Source: Promethearchaeota archaeon (GTDB taxonomy: Archaea; Asgardarchaeota; Lokiarchaeia; Sigyniarchaeales; SOKP01). Taken from it: 64,000 nt of DNA. Under the pieces are notes generated by a model. It worked only from the letters and a program-made list of their open reading frames with translations. It was not told the origin of the DNA and ran no database searches. The stretch is taken from NCBI GenBank assembly GCA_048938025.1, contig JBHLMP010000007.1:28615-92614 (forward strand), read 5' to 3'. The position numbers were made by a program, and so were the translations under genes. Below are positions 10,844 through 20,561 of the stretch, piece by piece. How positions within the stretch are numbered: the stretch's first letter is position 1; every line of letters begins with the position of its first letter.

Positions 10844-11770
10844 TTAGATTAATTCGTTTAAAATTTTCGTTAAATCTTCAAGAAAATCGGGAAATTTATC
10901 TAAAAAATCCTCCTTTTGATTTTCTTTAATTACAACTGAAGCAAAAAATATCTCTGATTTAATCTTCAATCTGTGAAGATATGTTAGAAGTTTATCTTCA
11001 ATTGTGAAAAAATTATGATTTTCATCATATGATTCCTCTTGCATTCTTTTGAGCAAAAATAGATGCTCCTTTATTGATTCTAAAAGCTCAATATAAGTAT
11101 CTGTCTCTATTTCCTCGCTATAATATTCTGAAATAATTATTCCATTTCTATCAAACACAATAAGAGCTTGACTATTAAACTGTTCCAAATAATTCTCTAA
11201 CAATTCAGAAAGTTCAAAAAATTTCTCATCAAAAACAGAAAGCCCATATGAAACTAATTGTATAACAGAAATAATATCATATATAGAACTTCGTTGAAAT
11301 AATACCTTAAATGTTGAATATTTGTTACAAATCATTTCTCTTAATTTTTCAATATTGACTAATATTGTTTCATCATTCTTCAAATCAGGGTCATATTTAT
11401 GAAAAGTAACAATAATTGGTACATTCATATCACTTTCTTTAAAAAATTGTAAAATAGAGTTCAAATATTCAAGAGAGTTATCAAATCTGTTTGGATCTTG
11501 AATATCAATTACATAAATAAGCAAGTCGGTCCCATCAAAATATACATCCTGATTCTTTTGATAGATTTCTCTATAGATTTCTTGTCCTCCCATGTCCCAA
11601 AAATTTACTAATGTCGTTAGAAAATTCATTTTATGATATTCGACTCTAATGGTTGGCTTTAGTTCCATGATATCTCTTTGAAAATCATATTTTTTATCTA
11701 AAGCGGTTAAAATTGACGTCTTACCTGCATTATCAAGCCCTGAGACCACAATTTTTTTTAAGCTTTCCAT
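10844..11770 (-). CDS. Arf/Rag-like small GTPase with C-terminal roadblock/longin-like domain
   Basis: GLDNAGKTS, KPT, WDMGGQ, HKYD (Rag-like HKxD G4), SSIYD; C-terminal ALIVFDRNGIIISE alpha/beta domain. Confidence 0.85.
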   Translation of the reverse strand: MESLKKIVVSGLDNAGKTSILTALDKKYDFQRDIMELKPTIRVEYHKMNFLTTLVNFWDMGGQEIYREIYQKNQDVYFDGTDLLIYVIDIQDPNRFDNSLEYLNSILQFFKESDMNVPIIVTFHKYDPDLKNDETILVNIEKLREMICNKYSTFKVLFQRSSIYDIISVIQLVSYGLSVFDEKFFELSELLENYLEQFNSQALIVFDRNGIIISEYYSEEIETDTYIELLESIKEHLFLLKRMQEESYDENHNFFTIEDKLLTYLHRLKIKSEIFFASVVIKENQKEDFLDKFPDFLEDLTKILNELI

Positions 11771-12152
11771 TTAAATCCCACTTGTTCTATTTAGCTATTT
11801 TTTGAGTTTAATAAATATTATTTTCAACGAATATTCTTTATAGATATTTATTAATTTTAATAAAAAAAAAGATTTATTTAAATTACTATTATTTTTAGTT
11901 TTATTTCAATATACGGAACATAACTAATTCTTTTTGACTTTCTTATTTTTATTATATTTATTTGGATATTGTAAAAAATTTATCTGGATATTATCTATAT
12001 ATTCTATAACTTTTTTATACGTTAAAGGCGTGTTAAAACGCCTAGTTTTAATGCTGTTTTAATAACATAAGTATGATATACCTATTTTTTAACGGGGATA
12101 GAGTGTTTTCTATCAATTATTAATAAAATGTAATTTTAAGAAGGTGTATTAA

Positions 12153-12353
12153 TTGATTGATTTGGAAAACAAATTTTTGGAAAATTTACATTTTCGTATT
12201 ACTCTGAAGAAACAAACCATTAAACCATTTAAAAAATTCCCCGTTTTTACATCAGAATTAGAAAAAAGTGAAGAAGAATTAGTAAATATTCACGTACGAG
12301 ATAAATACCAAATAATAATAGAAGAATTGGATAACCTAATGAAAAAATCCTAA
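12153..12353 (+). CDS. Small hypothetical protein
   Basis: 66-aa ORF with AGGTG SD-like motif before TTG; fills an otherwise empty gap. Confidence 0.5.
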   Translation: MIDLENKFLENLHFRITLKKQTIKPFKKFPVFTSELEKSEEELVNIHVRDKYQIIIEELDNLMKKS

Positions 12354-12387
12354 TAAATAATTATTTTTTTCTACTATTTTAGATAAT

Positions 12388-12810
12388 CTACTCCCCCACA
12401 ATAGTACAATAAATCGTTCTAGATCGCGGTTTTTCATCACATTCAATAAAAATAATTTGTTGCCATGTTCCTAGGATTAACTGTTGGTTTTTAAAAGGAA
12501 AAGTTTGGGAAGTCTTGAGAAGAAAACTTCTAAGATGTCCTGCTCCGTTATTATCACCCCAAGTTTGATGATGTTTATAGTTCTTATCGTAAGGAATAAC
12601 TCTTTCTAGAAATTCCTTTATGTCATGTTGGACTAATCCTGGTTCAAATTCAACAGTAGAAATAGCTCCAGTGGAACCTCCAATATGCACATTAACCAAC
12701 CCATCTTTAATTCCACTTTTTTTTACTGAATTCCAAACATGTGAAGTTATATTGATAACGTCACAATATGCTTTAGAATTTAATTTAAATGATTTGAAAA
12801 TCACAGCCAT
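12388..12810 (-). CDS. yjbQ: YjbQ/UPF0047 family protein
   Basis: GSTGAI, EPGL, HHQTWGDNNGAGHLRS, LGTWQQI, ECD.KPRSR. Confidence 0.92.
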   Translation of the reverse strand: MAVIFKSFKLNSKAYCDVINITSHVWNSVKKSGIKDGLVNVHIGGSTGAISTVEFEPGLVQHDIKEFLERVIPYDKNYKHHQTWGDNNGAGHLRSFLLKTSQTFPFKNQQLILGTWQQIIFIECDEKPRSRTIYCTIVGE

Positions 12811-12811
12811 T

Positions 12812-13870
12812 TTACTTCAATTCTAATTTATTACATATATTTATTCTTTTAATTTGCTTTAATACCGATTTAGGTAATATTGTTTCATTACCTTCCAATA
12901 ATGCAAAAATTTTTGACAAAATAAGAAGTTCATCTTGGTTAAATCCCTTAATATTACTCCAACCATGTGATCCTGATTCTGCTTCAATACAAATAAAAAA
13001 TGGTGCTTTTTTATATTTTAAACATTTTTTATCTTTGCATTTTTCGCAGACAATAGGAAAATAATACACATTGCCATTTTTAAGATAAATAGAGAACGTG
13101 CCAAAGTTTTTATTCTTTATTCGAATCCAATTCTGATATTTATCTTCAACTTTAATCCCAATTTTGGATAGAAAATTGGTTAAAGCATTTATATTAATTT
13201 TTTTATATATTTTTTCGCCATGAGGCTGCGGTTCATAATAATCATTACAATTATCTCTAACTCCAGAATGATTAATTAGTGATTGTAAAGGAATTAGATT
13301 AATAATATAACAATTTTCCATTTCTTTTCTTTTTATCTTACTTAAGCTGATTGAGCAGATTTGGTCTAAAATTTCAAAAGGTTCTGAAATTTCATTAATT
13401 TGAATATTATTATTTTTTACTAAAAATCTAAAATCTTCATTTTCAAATTGAGCATTGACAATCTCTTCTTTTGAAAATTTTTCAAGAATTACGCAAAAAA
13501 TTATCGTTATTGCTGGCATTCTAAGTCTAATTTCACTAAAGTAATGATAAATTTGATCTATTTTTGAATCTGATATAAAAACTAGCATTGCTTCAGCTCC
13601 ATTGTAAAAAACAGTCCGTAAGAAAGACCGCCGTTGCCTGCAATCTATATTCCATAAAAGAAACTCAAATTTTTGATGTCTTTTAGTTAATTGATAGAAA
13701 TATTCAATTCTGCTTATATTTACACCAATGTTCTCCTTATTTTCTATAGGAAGACAATTTGAACTTATTTTTTTCTGAAATTCATTTTTATATAACTCAG
13801 TTCCCCCTAGAAGACAAATTTTCTTTTTAAGGTAATGTTCAATAGGTTCAAGAAGTTCACATGAATTCAA
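12812..13870 (-). CDS. Degenerate Rab/Ras-like GTPase domain plus Cys-rich C-terminal domain
   Basis: KKKICLLGG, NIGVNI, FLLWNI, FYNGAEAMLVF follow Rab topology, but GKT, DxxG and NKxD are lost; C-terminal CEKCKDKKC...C. Confidence 0.65.
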   Translation of the reverse strand: MNSCELLEPIEHYLKKKICLLGGTELYKNEFQKKISSNCLPIENKENIGVNISRIEYFYQLTKRHQKFEFLLWNIDCRQRRSFLRTVFYNGAEAMLVFISDSKIDQIYHYFSEIRLRMPAITIIFCVILEKFSKEEIVNAQFENEDFRFLVKNNNIQINEISEPFEILDQICSISLSKIKRKEMENCYIINLIPLQSLINHSGVRDNCNDYYEPQPHGEKIYKKININALTNFLSKIGIKVEDKYQNWIRIKNKNFGTFSIYLKNGNVYYFPIVCEKCKDKKCLKYKKAPFFICIEAESGSHGWSNIKGFNQDELLILSKIFALLEGNETILPKSVLKQIKRINICNKLELK

Positions 13871-13991
13871 TGTAACACCTCTAGATGTAATAGAACTTTT
13901 TTATTAAAAAATTTTTTTAAAAAGTTTTTTTATTAATTCTAATTTATCCATTTTAATAAGATATGCTACAATCAAATTTTATGATTTAATA

Positions 13992-14414
13992 ATGAGCGAG
14001 AAATTAAAGGATTTCTTGAAAAAAATTCATGATCCTAAAAATAAGATTCCAGAATATGCTTCTATAATAGTTCGCCCTGGAAAAAAATTGATTGATATTA
14101 AAATTCGTAAGGAAGATGCTAATATTTTGAAAGTGTCTGCTCATGATGATCAATCATCTGGTTGGTTTTTACACTCTGTTCATATTCCTATTAAAAACTT
14201 AGGCATACCAGAGGATTCTAAAGATAAGAATATATTAGAGTTTTTATCCAATCCTAATAAAATTACAAGTAATAAGCAAACTAAGGAATATATTGAAGAT
14301 TTATTGAGAAAATACGTTGAAATCTTACCAGAAAAAAAGAAGCACTTTTTCAAAACGGAAAGATTTAAGAAAAAGAAAGAATTTAAAGTAGGGACCCAAC
14401 TCAAGGGATTTTAA
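13992..14414 (+). CDS. Hypothetical protein
   Basis: 140-aa ORF with ATG start, fills the gap between flanking genes; no motif recognised. Confidence 0.7.
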   Translation: MSEKLKDFLKKIHDPKNKIPEYASIIVRPGKKLIDIKIRKEDANILKVSAHDDQSSGWFLHSVHIPIKNLGIPEDSKDKNILEFLSNPNKITSNKQTKEYIEDLLRKYVEILPEKKKHFFKTERFKKKKEFKVGTQLKGF

Positions 14415-14750
14415 CTATTTAATTTTACAACCTGGAGGAATAGATCTCCTTCTTTCATCAATTTTGAGTAAATACGGCTCACTTTTAAAGTCAGCTGCGA
14501 GTAGCATACCCTGGCTTTCAATACCCATAATTTTTTTGGTTTTTAAATTAGTTAATACGACAATCTTTTCATTAACTAGTTCTTTAGGTGAATAATATAA
14601 TGAAATTCCTGTCAGAATTTGTCTAAGATTTTTTTCACCGCAATCCACCATCAATTTATAGAGATTTCGGGATTTAGGGATATTTTCACAACTCTTTATT
14701 AGTCCAACTCTTATATCTAATTTAATAAAATCTTTATACTCAATTTCCAT
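14415..14750 (-). CDS. tRNA-binding OB-fold protein (Trbp111/CsaA/MetRS C-terminal-like)
   Basis: DFIKLDIRVG, RQILTGI, NLKTKKIMGIESQGMLLAA, PPG. Confidence 0.92.
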   Translation of the reverse strand: MEIEYKDFIKLDIRVGLIKSCENIPKSRNLYKLMVDCGEKNLRQILTGISLYYSPKELVNEKIVVLTNLKTKKIMGIESQGMLLAADFKSEPYLLKIDERRRSIPPGCKIK

Positions 14751-14757
14751 AAAATTC

Positions 14758-15624
14758 TCAACTTCTTAATGGCATTCCATTCAAATTAACATATTCTTTC
14801 ATTTTTGGCTTTATTTCTCGATATGGATTTTTAACATTTTTAATTTTTCTTCCAAAAGTCAAGTATCCTGTATGACCGATCATTCTTACTTCTGGACGTG
14901 TTGCATTTTCTTTAACTTGTATTCTTCTTTTCAGTAATTCATATGTATTTATTTCAACAAAATCATTATTTCTTAATGCGAAAGTAGTTTTTTTTACCTG
15001 CTCAATTGTAGGGGAAAAGGAAACCAATATCCCACTTAATTTTAAATAATTTTTAACTTTCTCCACGGCTTTCCATGGTGTTGCTATATCTAAAATAATA
15101 GCATCGATATCTTTATGATCATTTATATCAGTTAATATGTCTCCATATTGTACAGTAATAACATCTTGTAAGTTAGCTTTTAGGATGTTCTTTTTTGCTC
15201 TTTTAAGAGATTTTTCACGAATATCATATGAATAGACATGTCCACTTGGTTTTACATAATTTCCTAAAATACAAGTTAAACCTCCAGAACCACAGCCCGC
15301 TTCAATAACAATACTTCCAGGTCCAATTCCTGAGTAAATTATAATTAATCCAGCATCTTCTGGATAAATAATTTGTGTTTTTCTGGTCATATGAAGAACA
15401 TAATCAGAAGGTATAGGTTTTAAAACTAAAAATCTATATCCTTGACTTTCATAAGGTTTGGAGAAAATCACAGACCCAAAAGGTTTTCCAATAATATTAT
15501 CAAATTCAATAATTCCTCTATGTGTGTGAAAACTACCTCCTGCTTTTGCTTGAATTAACCATCTTCTTCTATCATCAAGGATTAAGAAGATTAAATCATT
15601 TTCTTTTATTATATTTGCGTTCAT
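14758..15624 (-). CDS. trmI: tRNA (adenine-N1)-methyltransferase (m1A57/58)
   Basis: FHTHRG, RKTQIIYPED, EAGCGSG, LDIATPW, FSPTIEQV, TRP...HTGYL. Confidence 0.93.
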   Translation of the reverse strand: MNANIIKENDLIFLILDDRRRWLIQAKAGGSFHTHRGIIEFDNIIGKPFGSVIFSKPYESQGYRFLVLKPIPSDYVLHMTRKTQIIYPEDAGLIIIYSGIGPGSIVIEAGCGSGGLTCILGNYVKPSGHVYSYDIREKSLKRAKKNILKANLQDVITVQYGDILTDINDHKDIDAIILDIATPWKAVEKVKNYLKLSGILVSFSPTIEQVKKTTFALRNNDFVEINTYELLKRRIQVKENATRPEVRMIGHTGYLTFGRKIKNVKNPYREIKPKMKEYVNLNGMPLRS

Positions 15625-15804
15625 AATATCTTTTAAACTACTTTTTCATTTATTTCTATAATATTTACATATCTTTAATTTTTTACCATATAATTCCTTA
15701 TATTATTAGCTTCTTTACAAAAAATATATAAAAAATATTATATTTTCACACATAACTAAATTTATAAAATTCTTTTTTATAAATATTCATTAATGAATTA
15801 ATTT

Positions 15805-16710
15805 ATGAGCAAGGATAAAACCCATAATTCTCAAAACTATAGAATATCCTTTAGGGACCTCCAACATCAAATTGAAGACTTTAGACAAAAAAGAGACGAA
15901 TTAAATGTAAAAACAAAGGATTATATCAATACTTTACAAGAAATTGAGATAGATATCAATAATACTTTAAAAATTGCGAAGGAAAAATATAGAAAAAAAA
16001 GAGATTATTGGAATAATAAAGTAAAGAAATTAAAAGAGAAAAAAATAGAGTATAAGACCCTATTGGACAATTTTATAGAGGAAAAGAAAAAAATTCAAAA
16101 ATCTACTAATGATGGTAAAGCTTCAAAAAGTTTTATTTCTATTAAACAGATTGAACGTAAAATTGATAATTTAGAAAGAAAAATAGAAACTGAAAATCTC
16201 AATATTGCTGAAGAAAATGCTATTATTGATGATATCAGAAAATTAGCTGAAATGAAGCAAGAATTTTTAGGTGAACGTCAAAATAGTGATCTCTTTAAAC
16301 TTGAACGTAAAATTGAGATAGTAAAAATCAATCTAAATAAAATCTATGAGCAATTAAATAAATGGTCAAATAAATCACAAGAGAATCATGCTAAAATGCA
16401 AGATCTCTTCCAAAGAGTAAATACCTTAAAAGAAAAAAAGAAAAAAATGGAGGAAGTGTTAATAGAAAATAAAAAAACAGCTGATCATTATCATGAACAG
16501 TTTTTGAAATTAATGAATCAAAGAAGAAAATTTTCTAAAGGTAAACGACCTTATTATACAAGTAAAAAACCTACTCCAAGTACTAAAAAGAATGAGTTGC
16601 TTGAAAAATTAAAGCAAGATAAATTAGAAAAAGCGTTAGAAAAACAGAAAGCTGGTAAAAAATTAAATTTATATGAAGCAAGATTAATTTTAGAAAAATC
16701 AAAAGGATAA
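15805..16710 (+). CDS. Archaeal long coiled-coil protein (COG1340-like)
   Basis: Continuous K/E/L heptads, KRDELN, ETENLNIAEE, C-terminal AGKKLNLYE. Confidence 0.7.
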   Translation: MSKDKTHNSQNYRISFRDLQHQIEDFRQKRDELNVKTKDYINTLQEIEIDINNTLKIAKEKYRKKRDYWNNKVKKLKEKKIEYKTLLDNFIEEKKKIQKSTNDGKASKSFISIKQIERKIDNLERKIETENLNIAEENAIIDDIRKLAEMKQEFLGERQNSDLFKLERKIEIVKINLNKIYEQLNKWSNKSQENHAKMQDLFQRVNTLKEKKKKMEEVLIENKKTADHYHEQFLKLMNQRRKFSKGKRPYYTSKKPTPSTKKNELLEKLKQDKLEKALEKQKAGKKLNLYEARLILEKSKG

Positions 16711-16916
16711 TTTGATAAAATTACTGCTTAAAATTTTATCAATTCTTATAAAAAGACTTTATTGTTTTTGAATTATCTTAATATTTGAATTAATTGATAA
16801 ATTTAGAACATAATAGTAGAGCTTAAAATTCGAATTTTTGACATAAGATTTAAAAAAATTGAAAATTTATTATTTTATTAAGATTTAAAATAAAATAAAA
16901 AAGGATTTGAGTAAAT

Positions 16917-18245
16917 TTGAGTAAGAAACTAAGTGAAATCCGAAAACTTTTGATGGAGCATCATGAATGGTTTAAAAATAGTATTCCATTAATCGCTTCG
17001 GAAAACATTACAAGTCCAGCTGTAGATGAAGCTTGTTGTTGTGATTTTAGTCATCGGTATGCAGAAGGATGGAGTGGACAACGTGTTTATGCGGGGTGTA
17101 GGTATATTGACCAAGTGGAAGATATTTGTATGGACCTTGCTAAAGAGTATTTTGATTGTATTCACGCGGATGTTCGTCCAGTTTCCGGAGTTGTAGCAAA
17201 TTTAGTTATGTACAATGCCTTTACTTTAGATAATAATGGGAAAATGTGTTGTATGTCAATTGTTCGGGGGGGTCATATTTCACATGGTCCGCGATTTGCC
17301 AAAAGTGGAAGAGAGATCTTTGGTACAGCTGGAACTACAAGAGGATTAAATGTAGAATATCTTGCTTTTGATAATGATGAAATGAATCTTGACATTGATG
17401 CTTCCGCAAAAATTATAAGAGAATTTGAACCAAATTTAGTACTATTTGGTGGATCAGTTTTCCTATTTCCACATCCGGTAAAAGAACTTGGTGAAGTTGC
17501 AAAAGAAGTTGGAGCTTCTGTAGGTTATGATGGTGCTCATGTTGCAGGATTGATTGGTTCAGGCTTTTTTCAAGATCCTCTAAGAGAGGGTGCTGATGCA
17601 ATGACAATGAGTACACATAAGACACTTCCAGGTCCTCAGCATGGTGCTCTAGTATCGAATAGAGAAGATCTAATTGAGACATTAAGATCTTGCGCTTTTC
17701 CAGCTTTATTATCTAATCATCATCTCCATAATGTTGCGGGATTAGCCATAGCGCTAACCGAAATGCTCGAGTTCGGTAAAGAATATCATAAAAACGTCAT
17801 CGAAAATGCTAAAGCTTTAGGAGCCGCTTTGCATGAACGAGGATTAAAAGTGTTAATGGAACATAAGGACTTTACGGAATCCCATCAGATTGTTGTGGAT
17901 ATCACCGATTATGAGAAAACTATTGGGTTAGGAGGAGATATCGAAAAATTATTAGAAGAAGCAAATATTATAATCAATCGTAATCTTTTACCCTACGATA
18001 TCGCAGAAGGTCGGCATTATCAAAATCCAGGAGGATTAAGATTAGGAACATCTGAAGTTACAAGACTCGGCATGGGTAAAAGTGAAATGATAGATATTGC
18101 TGAGTTTTTCAAAAATTTGATAATAGATAAAAAAGATCCAAAAAAGGTTAAAGATGAGGTAGCTGATTTTAGAAAAAACTATCAAGAGATTAAATATTGC
18201 TTTCAAACTCCAAATAAAGCTTATGAGTATCTTAAGTTTTTTTAA
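16917..18245 (+). CDS. glyA: Serine hydroxymethyltransferase
   Basis: LIASEN, RYAEG, GGHISH, YDGAH, STHKT (PLP lysine), PGPQ, GLRLGT. Confidence 0.96.
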   Translation: MSKKLSEIRKLLMEHHEWFKNSIPLIASENITSPAVDEACCCDFSHRYAEGWSGQRVYAGCRYIDQVEDICMDLAKEYFDCIHADVRPVSGVVANLVMYNAFTLDNNGKMCCMSIVRGGHISHGPRFAKSGREIFGTAGTTRGLNVEYLAFDNDEMNLDIDASAKIIREFEPNLVLFGGSVFLFPHPVKELGEVAKEVGASVGYDGAHVAGLIGSGFFQDPLREGADAMTMSTHKTLPGPQHGALVSNREDLIETLRSCAFPALLSNHHLHNVAGLAIALTEMLEFGKEYHKNVIENAKALGAALHERGLKVLMEHKDFTESHQIVVDITDYEKTIGLGGDIEKLLEEANIIINRNLLPYDIAEGRHYQNPGGLRLGTSEVTRLGMGKSEMIDIAEFFKNLIIDKKDPKKVKDEVADFRKNYQEIKYCFQTPNKAYEYLKFF

Positions 18246-18351
18246 TACTTAATTATCTTCTTTTTTAATTAGAATAATAAAACTTATCTAAAATGATAGA
18301 TTCTCTAGTTTATTCGAATTTTATAAAGAAAATTAAAATATTCAAATCATT

Positions 18352-19185
18352 ATGGATCTCGAAGTTCTTGAAAAAAGTGATCATAAGTTAACCTTTGTTG
18401 TTGAAGGATTGTCGATTGAAATGGCTAATGCCATTAGGAGAATAGTTCTCGCCGAAATTCCAGTTATGGCTATAGATGAAGTAATTATTCTTAAAAATGA
18501 CAGCCCACTATATGACGAAATTGTATCTCATCGATTAGGCATGATACCTCTTAAGACTGATTTAAAAGCGTATAATCTGCCAAGGGACTGTACTTGTAAG
18601 GGATTTGGGTGCCCATTGTGTCAGGTTTCCTTAACCTGTGAGGTCACTAATACTACAAATATGCCTTTAGATATATATTCTGGTGATTTGAAATCAAATG
18701 ATCCAAAAATTATACCTGTTGATCCAAAGATTCCAATTGCAAAAATCGATAAAAATGACAAAGTTATATTAGAGGCTTACGCAATTTTAGGGTTAGCTAA
18801 AGATCATGTAAAATGGCAAGCAGTTTCAAATATTTTTTATCGATTTTATCCAATTATTGATTTTGATGATACTAATTGTATAAAATGTCCTGATAAATGT
18901 ATTGTATCTAGAATGTGCCCAGAGAAATTATATGACTTCTCAGACAAAAAAACACCTAAATTAGTAGAAGATTACTGGAAATTATGTACACTATGTAATT
19001 CTTGTCAACAAGTTTGTCCAGAAGGAGCCATAAAAGTGAGTTGGAAAGAAAATACTTATATTTTTTCAATCGAATCAGACGGTGTTTTACCTTTTAACAT
19101 ACTTATTGAGAAAGTTTTTGAAATATTTTTAGGTAAAATTGATGAATTTACTGAAAGGCTTGGAGATATTGAAATAGAATCGTAA
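18352..19185 (+). CDS. rpoD: RNA polymerase subunit D (Rpo3) with Fe-S domain
   Basis: ANAIRR, NDSPLYDEIVSHRLGMIP, CTCKGFGCPLC, HVKWQ, ferredoxin-like CTLCNSCQQVC, ESDG. Confidence 0.95.
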   Translation: MDLEVLEKSDHKLTFVVEGLSIEMANAIRRIVLAEIPVMAIDEVIILKNDSPLYDEIVSHRLGMIPLKTDLKAYNLPRDCTCKGFGCPLCQVSLTCEVTNTTNMPLDIYSGDLKSNDPKIIPVDPKIPIAKIDKNDKVILEAYAILGLAKDHVKWQAVSNIFYRFYPIIDFDDTNCIKCPDKCIVSRMCPEKLYDFSDKKTPKLVEDYWKLCTLCNSCQQVCPEGAIKVSWKENTYIFSIESDGVLPFNILIEKVFEIFLGKIDEFTERLGDIEIES

Positions 19186-19252
19186 TGTATAAAAAATTTA
19201 TTAAAATATTAAGAATTTTAAAAATCACATTTTAAAAAAGTGTTTTACTCTT

Positions 19253-19609
19253 ATGTCTCATAAAATAACTGGTCCAAGCAACTATTATCATAGGAAATTA
19301 ATAAGAGATCTATGGAAGACACAAATTAAAATTTGGAGAACAATCTCGAAAAAAATAAGTGGTTCAAGAAAAAATAGGGTTAAAGCGAATTTGTATCGTA
19401 TTAATAAAAAAACAAGAAAGAATGATACTATAGTAATTCCAGGAAAAGTTTTAGGGATTGGTAATCTGGATCATACTTTAACAATTGCCTGTTTAGAATA
19501 TTCGAAATCTGTTAAAAAGAAAATAGAAGCTTCGGGAAGCAAACTGATGTCGATTGAAGAATTATTAGAACAAAATCCAAAAGGGACAGGTGTAAAAATT
19601 TTTTATTAA
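19253..19609 (+). CDS. rpl18e: 50S ribosomal protein L18e
   Basis: NLYRI, IVIPGKVLG, NPKG; position after rpoD. Confidence 0.93.
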   Translation: MSHKITGPSNYYHRKLIRDLWKTQIKIWRTISKKISGSRKNRVKANLYRINKKTRKNDTIVIPGKVLGIGNLDHTLTIACLEYSKSVKKKIEASGSKLMSIEELLEQNPKGTGVKIFY

Positions 19610-19644
19610 CAAGAGGGAAATCAACTGGATAAAGTGTTAAATCT

Positions 19645-20118
19645 ATGGTTATTGATTATCAATTATTAGATGCTAAGGATAAGATCTTAGGGAGATTTTG
19701 CAGTCAAGTTGCCAAAAAAGCGTTATTGGGTGAATATATAGTAATTATTAATGCTAAAGATGCCATTATAAGTGGAAATAAAAAAGATATTCAAGAAAAA
19801 TATTTAGCCAAACTTAATATTAGTACAGCTACAAATCCAAGGAGAGGTCCATTTTGGCCAAGAAGACCAGATAATTTTATGAGAAATGTAATTAAAAAGA
19901 TGCTCCCTAGAAAGAAAATACGTGGCAAGGAAGCTTTTAAAAGAGTCCATGTTTATATCTCAGATATTCCTGAACGTTTTAAGAAACAGTATCAAAAGTT
20001 AACTCCTATTGATATTTCCCACTCAGATAAAAAACGTTTGTCATACTATAATAAATATATAACACTAGAAACCTTATGCCATCGAATCGGTTGGAAAAAA
20101 CAAATTGTTGAGGTTTAA
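19645..20118 (+). CDS. rpl13: 50S ribosomal protein L13
   Basis: DAKDKILGR, VAK, ISG, GPFWPRRPD, MLP. Confidence 0.95.
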   Translation: MVIDYQLLDAKDKILGRFCSQVAKKALLGEYIVIINAKDAIISGNKKDIQEKYLAKLNISTATNPRRGPFWPRRPDNFMRNVIKKMLPRKKIRGKEAFKRVHVYISDIPERFKKQYQKLTPIDISHSDKKRLSYYNKYITLETLCHRIGWKKQIVEV

Positions 20119-20123
20119 TTAAT

Positions 20124-20534
20124 ATGTCAATGAAAATAATTCAATCATCAGGAAAAAGAAAAACAGCAATAGCAAGAGCTGTTCTATCACATCCCGCAAA
20201 AGGACAAATTAAAATTAATAATGTTCCCTTAGAATTATATAACCCCGAGATAGCAAGATTTAGAATTCAAGAAGTATTAGAGATTGCTAGTCATCCAAAA
20301 TTGAACAAGTGTGATATTAGTATAAAAGTAAAGGGTGGTGGTACAATGAGTCAAACCGAAGCTGTACGCATAGCAATTGCTAAAGCTATTAACAAGTTTA
20401 TTGGAACTAAAACTATCGAACGAAATTTTAGAGAATATGATGATTCATTATTGAGTGGCGATTCAAGAAGAACGGAGCCAAAAAAATTCGGAGGGAAAAA
20501 AGCTAGAAAGAGAAGACAAAAATCTTTCAGATAA
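20124..20534 (+). CDS. rps9: 30S ribosomal protein S9
   Basis: GKRKTAIARA, VKGGG, DSRRTEPKKFGG, QKSFR. Confidence 0.96.
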   Translation: MSMKIIQSSGKRKTAIARAVLSHPAKGQIKINNVPLELYNPEIARFRIQEVLEIASHPKLNKCDISIKVKGGGTMSQTEAVRIAIAKAINKFIGTKTIERNFREYDDSLLSGDSRRTEPKKFGGKKARKRRQKSFR

Positions 20535-20561
20535 ATAAATTAAAAAAAAAAAACACTATTT

